DNA of 64,000 bases from Chamaesiphon sp. (GTDB lineage: Bacteria > Cyanobacteriota > Cyanobacteriia > Cyanobacteriales > Chamaesiphonaceae). A program made the translations under genes and the position numbers. The stretch is from positions 96,001-160,000 of the forward strand of contig CBDFFH010000036.1 of assembly GCA_965246715.1 (NCBI GenBank). Reading direction: 5' to 3'. Shown piece after piece: positions 1-10,457 of this stretch. The notes beneath the pieces are model-generated. The model was not told the origin of the DNA, ran no database searches, and worked only from the letters and a program-made list of their open reading frames with translations. Position 1 is the first letter of the stretch. Each line of letters opens with the position of its first letter.

Positions 1-560
1 CCGCGATGGCATTCATCGATGATGATGAAGTCGAAAAAGTCGGCGGGGTAGTCGGTAAACTTGGGGGTGGGATTGCCTTCTGCATCTTTGCCCGTCATGA
101 AGGTTTGGAAAATGGTGAAGAAAATACTCCCATTTTTGGGGACTCGTTTCTGCTTGCGGATCTCCGCTGGGTCGATCCTAACTAGAGCATCGTCCGGGAA
201 GGCTGAGAATGAGTTGTAGGCTTGATTGGCGAGAATATTACGATCGGCTAAAAACAAGATCCGAGGTCGGCGAGTGGGCTGGTGGCTGAGGTTCCAGCGA
301 CTTTGGAACAGTTTCCAAGCGAGTTGGAAGGCGATGAAGGTTTTACCCGTGCCTGTTGCCATTGTCAGCAAGATCCGGTTCTTACCTTGGCAAATTGACT
401 CTAGGACGTGTTTGATGGCGTTGTGCTGGTAATAACGAGCTTCCCAGGTGCCGCTGCGATCTTCAAAGGGGATGGCGGCGAAAAGATCGCGCCACTGGTT
501 AGATTGGCTAAAAGTCGCGTCCCAGAGTTCATCAGGGGTAGGATAAGTATCGATATAACC
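1..560 (-). pseudogene. hsdR: Type I restriction enzyme R subunit (EcoEI-like helicase region), 5'-truncated, runs off the window
   Basis: Minus-strand frame reads GYIDTYPTPDELW...RYYQ...LLTMATGTGKT...LFLADRNILANQ...FFDFIIIDECHR (Walker A and DExH). An in-frame TAA lies immediately upstream of 560, so the N-terminal nuclease region is absent. Confidence 0.75.
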
Positions 561-1012
561 TTAACGTATCGTCAAGCATTGTCAACTGATGTGTTAGAAA
601 AGAATCGAATATCGTCCAGGTTTCAATTTTTTCGGGACAAGTATGAATCTAGTATGTTAGCCTTCTGCATTGATTCGATCGATTTAATTTGATGTAATAA
701 CCCAGATCGATCGGAGAATAAACGCTCCACTTTTAGGAGAGGATTAATTTGATTGGAGCGATCGATTCTTTCTTTCAAAGTGTCGAGAGAGCTTGTACAT
801 GTTAAACGATCGGTAGCTAAACCACTGAATCTCGCCGCTTCAAGTTGTGCGGTCGCTCGAGCAAATATCTTCGGTTTGATCGATGAGCTATCGACTAATT
901 GAACTACGCCTAAATATTGTCCATAAATATTCAACTTTACCAATGGAATTACTACGATTGAGTAAAAATTCCAGCAGACTATCAGGATCGAGAAGTATTC
1001 GTATTAAGTCTA

Positions 1013-1537
1013 TCATTTAACTTCTTGAGTCGATTGTTTTTTCTGGCGTGTTTGAGTTACCCTCTCTGTACCTATTAGTTTACGAAGATCTGATAGCTCA
1101 TCTACTTTAGATTCTGAAGCTACGGTTTTACGAGGTCTACCGCCGCGTTTGCCGTTATCTCTTGAGGCTTGGGCTTTAGCTTCAGATTTCGACTTACCAC
1201 CGTGACGACCTAATTCAGTCATCCAGGCTTTAGAACCAAATAACCCCGATACTAATTGCGCTACTCCTAGATCTGCGTCTAAACTTTCCCAGTGCAAAGC
1301 AGATCCAGTTGGCATAATCTCCACTTCGGCTAGTTGTTCTGGAGTGCCATTTGCTAATCCTTGTAACAGTTGATAGGGAAAACCCATCATCACTCCGTTA
1401 GTTAGCTCGATGAATACTCGTTCGCTATCGGCTGCATACCAAGCTTTGACGGCTCTGGGTTCGGTTTCGGCTAGAGCTTTGCCAGCAGTTCTAGCTTGGT
1501 CGAACTGTGCTATTAATTCGGGACTAATATTACTCAT
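1013..1537 (-). CDS. DUF2442-family antitoxin-like protein
   Basis: ALHWESLDADL motif and C-terminal KSEAKAQASRDNGKRGGRP; overlaps the upstream DUF4160 gene. Confidence 0.8.
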   Translation of the reverse strand: MSNISPELIAQFDQARTAGKALAETEPRAVKAWYAADSERVFIELTNGVMMGFPYQLLQGLANGTPEQLAEVEIMPTGSALHWESLDADLGVAQLVSGLFGSKAWMTELGRHGGKSKSEAKAQASRDNGKRGGRPRKTVASESKVDELSDLRKLIGTERVTQTRQKKQSTQEVK

Positions 1538-1763
1538 GAATTTCTTTCCATTTTTCTAACAGCTCTACTTGATGCTCGATTACTAGACTCAACGCTTTAG
1601 CTAGATCCTTGTTGCTGATTTTCCCTTCAACGTTAAATACTCTGGGTTCGACCAACTCTATCTTTACTTCTGCGTCACTTTTGAAAACATGTACGTGTGG
1701 AGGAAGATGGTCGTTAGGCCAAATTACAATCCTGAACCCATCTTGTTTGATAATTGTTGGCAT
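1530..1763 (-). CDS. DUF4160-family toxin-like protein
   Basis: MPTI..GFRIVIWPNDHLPPHVHV motif; likely start at 1763 after GGAG. Confidence 0.8.
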   Translation of the reverse strand: MPTIIKQDGFRIVIWPNDHLPPHVHVFKSDAEVKIELVEPRVFNVEGKISNKDLAKALSLVIEHQVELLEKWKEIHE

Positions 1764-2036
1764 ATTTACTCCCCTACCTTCGAGTATAACCTGTCGCTTG
1801 GGTTTGTGCAATCTTCACTTTAGTTGGCAAGGGTAGTTCACGATCGATTATTGTGGGGCATGGGTTTTGACGAGCGAAGGTAACTTAATCTAATTCTGCA
1901 CAGACTGGATGCATAATCTCTCAATTGTCTCTGCACTGCGGAGACAATCTATTCATCAAAAGGATCGATCGAGTCAAATCATCACTCATACTGCGATCGC
2001 CTCCTTATCAATTTTTGTCTGGAGAGGCTACGCCAA

Positions 2037-2300
2037 CGAATCATGCACCTCCACTTAACTGTGGGCGATATGGTATTGATGGGTGCTGACTGTCCGCCTG
2101 AGTACTTTGAAAAACCCCAAGGTTTTAATGTACACCTCCAATTTGGCAATGTGGAGGAAGGAGAGCGGATATTTAACGCATTGGCAGAAAATGGCACAGT
2201 CAAGATGCCTTTCCAGGAAACTTTTTGGGCTACCCGTTGGGGAATGCTGGTTGATAAATTTGGTACCCCGTGGATGATTAATTGTTTCGTAGCTACCTAA
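2037..2300 (+). pseudogene. VOC/PhnB-family protein, 5' part missing
   Basis: IMH...MGAD...MPFQETFWATRWGMLVDKFGTPWMIN is the C-terminal half only; preceded by a mini-element remnant. Confidence 0.7.
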
Positions 2301-2365
2301 CCATTCGATTCACAGATCTAAAATTTCCCAATCTAGAAACCAAGTAAATAATCGGAGATTTCACG

Positions 2366-2779
2366 ATGAAAGTTATGGTAATTGTCAAAGCCAACACCGA
2401 CTCAGAAGCAGGGATAATGCCCAGCGAACAGATTCTGACTGACATGGGCAACTACAATGAAGAATTAGTCAAAGCTGGAATTATGCTCGCTGGCGAAGGA
2501 CTGCATCCCAGTTCAAAAGGCGTGCGGGTCAAGTTCTCAGGCACAAATCGGACTGTAACCGACGGGCCATTCGCAGAAACAAAAGAGCTGATTGCTGGCT
2601 TCTGGCTCTGGCAGGTGCCATCGATGGCAGAAGCGATCTCATGGGTCAAACGCTGTCCTATGCAAGAATCCGAACTAGAAATTCGTCCGCTCTTTGCAGC
2701 GGAGGACTTTGGCGCAGCCTTCACCCCCGAACTCCAGGAGCAGGAAGAACGCATCCGAGCTGAGACTCAGAAACTCTAG
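2366..2779 (+). CDS. YciI/DGPF-domain protein
   Basis: DGPFAETKELIAGFW motif. Confidence 0.85.
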   Translation: MKVMVIVKANTDSEAGIMPSEQILTDMGNYNEELVKAGIMLAGEGLHPSSKGVRVKFSGTNRTVTDGPFAETKELIAGFWLWQVPSMAEAISWVKRCPMQESELEIRPLFAAEDFGAAFTPELQEQEERIRAETQKL

Positions 2780-2862
2780 AATTAATTGGGCGATCGTCCA
2801 GCAAAATGCTAACAAACATGTCAGCATTTTGCTTCGCTATGGAGTTAAGTCATGGAGGGGCA

Positions 2863-3821
2863 ATGAACGACGCACGAATTCCCGAACCAATTTGCCCCTT
2901 ATTACAAGACTATCTGGAGCTGCTGAGCGATCGCGTGCCCGATCTCATCGCTGTCTGTTATTTGCATGGCTCGATTGCACTCGATGCTTTTAACGAACGG
3001 TTGAGCGATATCGATTTCGTTACTGTACTCCGGCAGCGTCCAACCTCTGAGCATCTGACACAGCTACACAAGTAATTCATCAGGCGTTGCTGAATTAATG
3101 TATGAAACGCACAAACAATTTTTGTAGGGGTAATGCCTCGTGCTTACCCCGCATCGATTCAGGGTACTCACAAGGGGCACCCCTACAAAAAATCATACCC
3201 ATATTCAGCAACGCCATTCATCAGACTATTACCACCAAGTATCCCCGCTGGAAATTAGATGGGAGTTACTTACAATGGCAAGATTTGGGACGTTTACCCG
3301 ATACTATTGCCCCCTCACCTTATGTTGCCGAAGGCATCTTTCACCCGCAGGGCTACAGAGATGTCAACTTGGTAACGTGGTGGATATTGAAGCACAAAGG
3401 TATTGTACTACTAGGATTGTCTCCTCGATCGCCTGCCTTTACTGTAAGCTGGGATGAACTAGTATCGCGAATGCACGACAACCTCAACAGTTATTGGCTC
3501 AGTTGGACGAGATCGCCAACCCGATTGCCACAACTATTGACCGATTACGGTATCCAGTGGTCTGTACTTGGGATCTCGCGGCTATGGTATACATTTTGCG
3601 AGGGCGATATTGTCTCCAAGACAGATGCTGGCAGATATGCGCTGAACCGTCTACCTGCGCGATGGCAGCCACTCATTCAAGCAGCCATCGATCTGCGAGA
3701 AAATCCCGATCGCAAGTACTACAAATCCCGAATTTGTCGAGCGGTTGATGCCGTACAGTTTTTACGCTACATCATCCGGCTGTGCGATCGGCAAATTCTG
3801 ACAAACTCTCGATCGTCTTAA
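2863..3821 (+). pseudogene. Aminoglycoside nucleotidyltransferase-like protein (NTase + DUF4111-like), disrupted by a MITE and a frameshift
   Basis: YLHGSIALDAF..SDIDF NTase motif at 5'; IVSKTDAGRYAL at 3'; split at 3075-3223. Confidence 0.7.
3083..3215. mobile_element. 133-bp MITE with IS1-type terminal inverted repeats
   Basis: TIR GGCGTTGCTGAAT / ATTCAGCAACGCC; 8-bp TSD ATTCATCA at 3075-3082 and 3216-3223. Confidence 0.9.
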
Positions 3822-3831
3822 CCAGGAGAGT

Positions 3832-4329
3832 ATGACTATGCTCAGATTATGGCGTTTTATCGCGATCGTGTTGACTGCACTCAGCATGGGATTATCTTTT
3901 GCTCATTTACTCGAACTGCCACCCAAAATGCTATTTGATGGGCAATTGTGGGTGACGATAACTACTAAGGGTTTATATTACTTGTTTGGTTCGGTTGGCG
4001 CAGTCATCGAAGTTGGCTCGATTCTGACGGCGATCGTGTTGGCGTTCCTCTTGCGTGGGCGAGGTTTAGTTTTTGCTCTAACACTAGGCGGCGCAATCCT
4101 CTTAGCACTTGCACTCGCGCTCTGGTGCGGATCGATCGCACCAGTTAATGCCCAATTGGTGAAATGGACATCGACCTCGTTCCCGTCGGACTGGATGCAA
4201 TATCGCGATCGATGGGAGTATACACATGCAGTCAACGCCATCATTAAATTAGTTGCGTTCGGCTCACTCATATGCTCGATCCTGGTTGAGACACCTAGCA
4301 CCCTCACCCATCACTCCAACCGTAGCTAG
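3832..4329 (+). CDS. DUF1772/anthrone oxygenase-like membrane protein
   Basis: Four hydrophobic segments; HLLELP and W..YRDRWEYTH motifs. Confidence 0.6.
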   Translation: MTMLRLWRFIAIVLTALSMGLSFAHLLELPPKMLFDGQLWVTITTKGLYYLFGSVGAVIEVGSILTAIVLAFLLRGRGLVFALTLGGAILLALALALWCGSIAPVNAQLVKWTSTSFPSDWMQYRDRWEYTHAVNAIIKLVAFGSLICSILVETPSTLTHHSNRS

Positions 4330-4352
4330 TCCGAATTGTCGATGTCTCCATT

Positions 4353-4397
4353 TTGACTTTCTGAGCGATCGCTCATATAATATGAGCATGTGTTCAT
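4353..4397 (+). promoter_or_regulatory. Sigma70-type promoter with two palindromic operators (probably TetR)
   Basis: TTGACT(4353)-17 bp-TATAAT(4376); perfect palindrome TGAGCGATCGCTCA in the spacer; related ATGAGCATGTGTTCAT at 4382-4397. Confidence 0.7.
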
Positions 4398-4429
4398 CGC
4401 TAAACTATCGCTCCAATTAGGAGGAAGTT

Positions 4430-6010
4430 ATGAACGATCGAGAAGGTGAATTTATGGGTGAAACCATCCAAACAGACGTAATAATTATCGGGGCGGGGCC
4501 GACTGGACTCGCGCTAGCTTGTCAGTTAGTCAGATCTGGAATCGATTTTGTAATTATCGATCGGAGTGCAGGAGTTACCGCCTATTCCAAAGCCCTTGGC
4601 GTTCACGCTCGCACGTTAGAGATCTACGAGCAAATGGGTTTGGCGCAACAGGCAGTCGATCGAGGCACGATCGCCGGGGCAGCGCGGCTGATAGTAGGCG
4701 GCAAAGTGCGAGCCGAACTCGATTTATCCAACCTCGGAGCGGGTTTGACGGCGTATCCATACGTGCTGTTTTGCGAGCAAAGCAAGAACGAGCAACTGCT
4801 GTATGAATATCTGCAACAGCATAATAAAACCGTGAGTTGGCAAACCGAACTCGCAAGTTTTTTGCAAACTGAGGAAAAAGTCACGGTGCAAGTAAAAACT
4901 GCTGACGGCAAATCTCAAACAATTGAAGCTCGATATCTGGTTGGTTGCGATGGCCCGAAAAGTCCGGTCAGACACGCACTAGGAATTGAATTTGCAGGTA
5001 GCACCTTCGATCGATTGTTTTATGTCGCTGACGTAAAGATCGATTGGAATCTACATCACGATGCCTTCCATGTTTGTCTATTACAGAATTCGTTACTGGT
5101 GTTCTTTCCGCTCAAAGGCGATCGCCGTTACCGGATTGTCGGCACGTTTCCTGAAGAATTTTCCAAGGACGAAGGCGAAGTTTTGTATGCCCAAATCGAA
5201 CGGCAAATTCAGGAAGAAGCAGGATTTGAACTCAACGTTCGCGATGTCGAATGGTTCTCGACTTACAGAGTCCATTCCCGCTACGTCAGTAACTTCTCGG
5301 TGGGAAGATGTTTTCTGGCGGGGGATGCCGCACACATTCATACACCCGTCGGCGCGCAAGGGATGAACACGGGGATTCAAGACGGCTATAATCTGGCTTG
5401 GAAACTGGCGATGGTATTGCAAGGCAAGGCGGACAAAACTTTGCTGGCAACTTATAACCAAGAACGGCTGGAAAACGCCAAACGACTGATAGAAACAACC
5501 GATCGGATGTTTCAGTTTGCCGCCGGATCGAACTGGCTGTTTGCTTTCTTTCGCACCCAGGTTTTACCCTCGATCGCACCCCATCTCATCGGCATTGAGC
5601 CAGTGAGAAAACTCCTGTTTCCGCTCATCTCGCAAATCGGTATTAACTATCGACACAGTGCGCTCAGTCAACATCCAGGCGACGATCGGTTCAAAGTCAA
5701 AGCTGGCGATCGAATGCCCTACTTTGTAGTAGATGGTCGGAGTATCCATAACAAATTACACCAACCGAAATTTCATTGGCTGGTGTTTGTGGATGCACGA
5801 GCCGATGTTCCAGCGTTGAAAACGGAACTCGCTTACCAAGATCCCGAAGTTGACTGTCACATCTTCCCACTCGACCCAGCGGTCGCAAAAGTCTTCGGCT
5901 CGATCGAGTCTTTCAACCTGCTGCTCAGACCGGATAACTATATTGCTTTCATTTCAACAGAGATCTCATCGAACCAAGTTAAAACTTATCTTCAAAAAAT
6001 CACCACCTAA
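4430..6010 (+). CDS. FAD-dependent aromatic monooxygenase
   Basis: GAGPTG, VGCDG and LAGDAAHIHTPVGAQGMNTGIQD motifs. Confidence 0.9.
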   Translation: MNDREGEFMGETIQTDVIIIGAGPTGLALACQLVRSGIDFVIIDRSAGVTAYSKALGVHARTLEIYEQMGLAQQAVDRGTIAGAARLIVGGKVRAELDLSNLGAGLTAYPYVLFCEQSKNEQLLYEYLQQHNKTVSWQTELASFLQTEEKVTVQVKTADGKSQTIEARYLVGCDGPKSPVRHALGIEFAGSTFDRLFYVADVKIDWNLHHDAFHVCLLQNSLLVFFPLKGDRRYRIVGTFPEEFSKDEGEVLYAQIERQIQEEAGFELNVRDVEWFSTYRVHSRYVSNFSVGRCFLAGDAAHIHTPVGAQGMNTGIQDGYNLAWKLAMVLQGKADKTLLATYNQERLENAKRLIETTDRMFQFAAGSNWLFAFFRTQVLPSIAPHLIGIEPVRKLLFPLISQIGINYRHSALSQHPGDDRFKVKAGDRMPYFVVDGRSIHNKLHQPKFHWLVFVDARADVPALKTELAYQDPEVDCHIFPLDPAVAKVFGSIESFNLLLRPDNYIAFISTEISSNQVKTYLQKITT

Positions 6011-6022
6011 ACGGAGCATATC

Positions 6023-6526
6023 ATGAACGAATTACAAGACATCCAGACTAAAACTCCAGCAAAAATCTCCGGCATCGACCATCTCACCCTACCCGTGCGC
6101 GATCTCGAACTTGCCGAGCGATTCTACACCCAAGTTTTGGGTGCCAAGGTGGTCTATCGCACCGATCGTTGGCATAGCCTCTCGGAACGAGAATCGCGCC
6201 GGATGCCCTTTATTGCCATTACGATCGGCGACAGTCCGTCGATCGATCTATTTCTGCAACCTTGGGGGCAGCCTCCGGCAAATCAACCCCATCCCCATCT
6301 AGCTTTTGCCGTCCGGGGGGAAGACTTACTAGATCTCAAGCAGCGGCTGATTGCCCATCAAATTCCAGTCGTTGGCCCGATCCAGTTTGGCCCGCCAGGA
6401 CATGGTTCGATCTATTTCCACGATCCGTCTGGCAACCATCTAGAATTGTGCGCCAGAGATTTTACAGGCGAAGTAAACTTAGAACCCTATGACATGGAAA
6501 AGTTATCCTATCAATGGCAGGGTTGA
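6023..6526 (+). CDS. VOC/glyoxalase-family protein
   Basis: IDHLTLPVRDLE, HLAF and YFHDPSGNHLEL motifs. Confidence 0.85.
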   Translation: MNELQDIQTKTPAKISGIDHLTLPVRDLELAERFYTQVLGAKVVYRTDRWHSLSERESRRMPFIAITIGDSPSIDLFLQPWGQPPANQPHPHLAFAVRGEDLLDLKQRLIAHQIPVVGPIQFGPPGHGSIYFHDPSGNHLELCARDFTGEVNLEPYDMEKLSYQWQG

Positions 6527-6540
6527 GAGCAGAGTAATTA

Positions 6541-7158
6541 ATGGCAACAACAAGACAGCGGCTGTTAGATGCAGCAGAGCGGGTGATTCGCACCAAAGGA
6601 TTGGCAGCAGCCTCGACTCGTGAAATTGCCCGTGAGGCGCGCTGTGCAGATGGTACGCTCTACAATCACTTCGCCGATCGTGCCGATTTATTTGTGACGA
6701 TCTTCTTAGATAAACTGATACCGGACTATTGGGACGCGCTCTCAAAATTGCCCTACCGGATTGGTGAGGGCACGGTACAAATTCACCTGGAGGAGTTAGC
6801 ACAGATTGCCCTGGCCTTTTATTACAAAGCTGGCCCATTGAGAGCGGCTCTGTTTGCGGAGCCGGAGCTACTCAAACGCTATCGGGACGCACTGAGATCG
6901 CAAGCTCACAGCCGCAAGCAGGAACATCCTGTCAATCTTCTGGCTGCTTACTTACGGGCGGAGCAACGGCTAGGTCGGATTTGCGATCGAGCAAACCCAG
7001 AGATCGCTGCTGAGGTTCTATTTGGTACCTGTGCCAATTATGCGCTCAGAAAGTGCTTTTTCGGTGAAACTCCCACCCCTGAAGAGGACGCTCGATTCGT
7101 GCTGGAACTGGTGCGATCGCTCATCGAAGGAGTATCCCCCCGCACGCCTGACTATTAA
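6541..7158 (+). CDS. TetR-family regulator
   Basis: N-terminal HTH (STREIAREARCADGTLYNHF). Confidence 0.9.
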   Translation: MATTRQRLLDAAERVIRTKGLAAASTREIAREARCADGTLYNHFADRADLFVTIFLDKLIPDYWDALSKLPYRIGEGTVQIHLEELAQIALAFYYKAGPLRAALFAEPELLKRYRDALRSQAHSRKQEHPVNLLAAYLRAEQRLGRICDRANPEIAAEVLFGTCANYALRKCFFGETPTPEEDARFVLELVRSLIEGVSPRTPDY

Positions 7159-7361
7159 AATTTGAGACAGACGAGCGCGAGCGCAGTATCGTTACTGTCA
7201 AGCAATTCGTGAGAGACTTAGAGAGAAATTTGTTAATAGATCGAATAGTCAACCAAATTTTTGAGTTCGATCGTGGCTTAACTAGTGTTTTTTAAATTGG
7301 TAATATTCAACCATTGGATGAGTTAGTCGAGCGATAAACAAAGTAGAGAAATAATCCTAAA

Positions 7362-7817
7362 ATGGAAATTTGCCAAGTTACCCAAGCCGAGTTTCAAGAG
7401 TGGCTCGATTTAGCACTAGAGCTATGGCCGGATTATTCTGATGCCGAAATGGAAGTTAGTCTGCTCGATCTTCTGCATTCCGATCGAGAATCAGGCATTT
7501 TAGTTAGAGATGATAATGGCAAGGCAATTGCATTTATGAATCTGTCGCTACGCTCTGATTATGTGCCTGGTGCAAACCATCATCCCGTTGCTTATCTTGA
7601 AGGTATCTATGTTAAGCCCGAATATCGCAAACAAGGGGTAGGTAAAGCACTAATTGAGTATGCCGAGCGATGGGCATTAGATCGAGGGTGTACCGAATTA
7701 TCCTCCGATGCTTTAATCGAGAATACTACAAGTCATGATTTTCATGAGAAGATTGGCTTCCAAGAAGTAGAACGAACTGTGTTCTTTATTAAGTCACTAA
7801 CGAGGGAGAAAACATAA
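7362..7817 (+). CDS. GNAT, aminoglycoside 6'-N-acetyltransferase-like
   Basis: LRSDYV.G....PVAYLEGIYV.P.YR..G and GCTELSSDA...N..S..FH motifs typical of AAC(6')-I. Confidence 0.75.
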   Translation: MEICQVTQAEFQEWLDLALELWPDYSDAEMEVSLLDLLHSDRESGILVRDDNGKAIAFMNLSLRSDYVPGANHHPVAYLEGIYVKPEYRKQGVGKALIEYAERWALDRGCTELSSDALIENTTSHDFHEKIGFQEVERTVFFIKSLTREKT

Positions 7818-8248
7818 TGACGATCGCACTTAAAATCCTTACTTATGAGGATCTAGATCTGCTCAAAAATGTCGATCCCGATGTGTTTGATAATGCAATT
7901 GACTTCCACCGAGCCGCAGAGTTTCTATCAGATCCGCGCCATCATTTAGTAGTTGCGATCGATGATAATCTCGTTATCGGTTTTGGATCGGCAGTTCATT
8001 ACGTTCATCCCGACAAGTCGCATCCAGAATTATGGATTAACGAGATTGGCGTAGCCGAAACTCATCGTCGGCAAGGAGTAGGCAAGCAGTTGATGAATGC
8101 TATATTTGATGCGGGGCGGGAGCTAGGCTGTACTGAAGCTTGGGTATTGACCGAGCGCGATAATACAGCCGCGATGAATCTGTATGCGGCGTTAGATAAT
8201 GCAGCAGAACCTACCGACAATGTAATGTTTTCGTTTCGTTTGGAGTGA
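7817..8248 (+). CDS. GNAT acetyltransferase
   Basis: HRRQGVG acetyl-CoA motif; AWVLTERDN. Confidence 0.8.
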   Translation: MTIALKILTYEDLDLLKNVDPDVFDNAIDFHRAAEFLSDPRHHLVVAIDDNLVIGFGSAVHYVHPDKSHPELWINEIGVAETHRRQGVGKQLMNAIFDAGRELGCTEAWVLTERDNTAAMNLYAALDNAAEPTDNVMFSFRLE

Positions 8249-8589
8249 GCTAATTAACGATTGATTAAAATGTATTAACACAAGCATTTAACTATAATAG
8301 GCAGTGAAAGTTATGCTCGACCATACTGGCATAAATGTTAGTAATTTTGACAAAAGTAAAGAATTTTACACCAAGGTATTAGATCCGTAGTGAGATTGTC
8401 AGTACCACCCACAAAAACGATCGATTACAGGTAAAATATATACAGAGTAGTAGCTATAATTTGTTTTAGCGGTCGCTAGTATTGTCAATCATTTCAAAAT
8501 CTACGTAATATGGGAATACTAAAATAAGCGATCGACAAAATTCTTAGAACGTTGTATTTGCTACTCACTCTTTATCAAGGATAGAACCT

Positions 8590-10074
8590 ATGGCTTCATT
8601 CAACAAAGCAAAACTAACTTCCCGCTCTCAAGATTATGCAGCATGGTATCTTGATGTAGCAAAGAATGGCGATCTCTTTGAATACAGTCCCACGCCAGGC
8701 TGTATAACATTTTTGCCCAAATCAGTTGCTATTTGGGAGCGTTTCAAATTCCAAATTGATAGTAAATTAAAACGATTGGGTGTCCAAAATATTTTGTTAC
8801 CAACGTTGATTCCTATGTCATTTTTCGAGAAAGAGAAAAATCTCGTTGAGGGATTCTCCCCTGAACTGGCAGTGGTCACACATGGAGGAGGGAAAGAACT
8901 CGAAGAAAAATTAGCATTCCGTCCAACATCGGAGGTAATGTTCTGTGATTTCTTCCGTGGTCGTCTTCAAAGCTATCGAGATCTCCCCATCCTTTCTAAT
9001 CAGTGGTGTAATGTACTTCGCTGGGAAAAACGTACCCGTCCATTCTTACGTACTGCGGAGTTTCATTGGCAGGAAGGACACACGATTCACGAAACAACTG
9101 ATGAAGCTACAATATTTGCAGAAAAAATTCTACACGAAGTGTACATCCCGACAATCCGCGATCTCATGGCAATTGCTGGCGTGTCTGGTCGTAAATCAGA
9201 AAGTGAGAAGTTTCCTGGTGCAGATGTGACGATGACATATGAACCAATGATGTCCAATGGCTGGGCACTTCAGATGTGTACTTCCCATATCCTGGGGCGA
9301 GGTTTTATGAAGTCTTTCGATGTCAAATTTAGTGGTAGAGATGGTGTGGATACATTTCCTGCTTACACATCTTGGGGTCTTTCTACTCGAACTATTGGGG
9401 GTATGATCTCCTGTCATTCTGATGATAATGGACTTGTGATTCCACCTCTTTTAAGTGAATATCAGTCTGTTCTGCTTCCACTCTTTGGAAAAGACTCTCA
9501 GTTGGTTAAAGATTACACTGGCAAGGTTTTAGAAGCTCTGGGACATACTGCTGATGAACGAGTACCCGTGTCAGGGGCATCTTTCGTTGCCGTGATTGAA
9601 TCAGATTTAGCAACACTAATTGATGAGCGGGAAGCCCGTCTTGGAGAAAAGATCAAGGACTGGGAACTTTCAGGCTATCCCGTTCGCATCGAATATGGTG
9701 AGCGAGATGTCGCTGGTAATACCGTCGTTATCGCCTCCCGTATTACAAGTGAAAAACTGACAGTCCCATTACCAGAATTGAAGCTTGTACTGCATCGGAT
9801 GCTTGCAGATGGGCAAAGAGATCTTCTAAAGAGATCCGAAGATCGTCTACGCGAGAATACCGTCGCCTGTAACTCTCTAGATGATATTGTTAAAGCTATT
9901 GAGGCTGGAAAATTTGTATTGTACAACTGGGATCTTAATCCTCAGTTTGAAATTGACATTAAGGAAAGCTGTAAAGCAACAGTTCGTTGCCTTCCTTTTG
10001 AGGGACAATGGGTTGATGATATACTCAGTAGAGAACCCGGCAAGCAATTAGCATTAATTGCTCGTAATTTCTAA
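8590..10074 (+). CDS. proS: Proline--tRNA ligase, archaeal/eukaryotic type
   Basis: RPTSE, QWCNVLRWE.RTRPFLRT.EFHWQEGHT, TSWGLSTR, anticodon-binding domain, C-terminal ATVRCLP...ARNF; no INS editing domain. Confidence 0.9.
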   Translation: MASFNKAKLTSRSQDYAAWYLDVAKNGDLFEYSPTPGCITFLPKSVAIWERFKFQIDSKLKRLGVQNILLPTLIPMSFFEKEKNLVEGFSPELAVVTHGGGKELEEKLAFRPTSEVMFCDFFRGRLQSYRDLPILSNQWCNVLRWEKRTRPFLRTAEFHWQEGHTIHETTDEATIFAEKILHEVYIPTIRDLMAIAGVSGRKSESEKFPGADVTMTYEPMMSNGWALQMCTSHILGRGFMKSFDVKFSGRDGVDTFPAYTSWGLSTRTIGGMISCHSDDNGLVIPPLLSEYQSVLLPLFGKDSQLVKDYTGKVLEALGHTADERVPVSGASFVAVIESDLATLIDEREARLGEKIKDWELSGYPVRIEYGERDVAGNTVVIASRITSEKLTVPLPELKLVLHRMLADGQRDLLKRSEDRLRENTVACNSLDDIVKAIEAGKFVLYNWDLNPQFEIDIKESCKATVRCLPFEGQWVDDILSREPGKQLALIARNF

Positions 10075-10102
10075 ATGTATAAGAACAATGCCAGCCGTTT
10101 TA

Positions 10103-10396
10103 GGGGTCAAACGAGTATCCATACAGAAACTTACGTTAAGGCTGAGAACGTTACTGGGTAAAGATTTTAATTAGTAGTTTTTTTGTTCTGTTGAAGCTGG
10201 GGGAGTCAAAATTCTAGCCGTACCTATTAACCTTTAGGCTATTTGGTACTATAAATGAATACGGCATAGCAAAGGTTTCAGACTCCTAAAACTCAGATCC
10301 TTCAATTGGTACAGATTTCTTCATAGCGATCGGGGGCTTGAAAACAGATCTTCCAATCCTTAACATAAGTTTCTGCACGATTGCTCATTTCACCCC
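10103..10396. mobile_element. 294-bp Tn3-family-type MITE, copy 1
   Basis: About 38-bp imperfect TIRs GGGGTCAAA...CAGAAACTTACGTTAAGG; near-identical copy at 22093-22386; no TSD. Confidence 0.85.
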
Positions 10397-10457
10397 ATTG
10401 TTGAAAGGCTTGCTCCGTAAGCATTTAAGCTGTGGGCAGTGCCCACCCTACAAAACT
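10397..10457 (+). repeat. 61-bp direct repeat (second copy 11567-11627) containing the REP-like GTGGGCAGTGCCCAC palindrome
   Basis: Identical sequence at both positions; related palindromes at about 11778, 17696 and 27089. Confidence 0.85.

Noticed and set aside
623..943. 106-aa minus-strand ORF
   Set aside because: No recognisable motif or RBS; cannot be supported.
3102..3215. N-terminus of the 239-aa ORF
   Set aside because: Translated MITE sequence, not part of the original gene.
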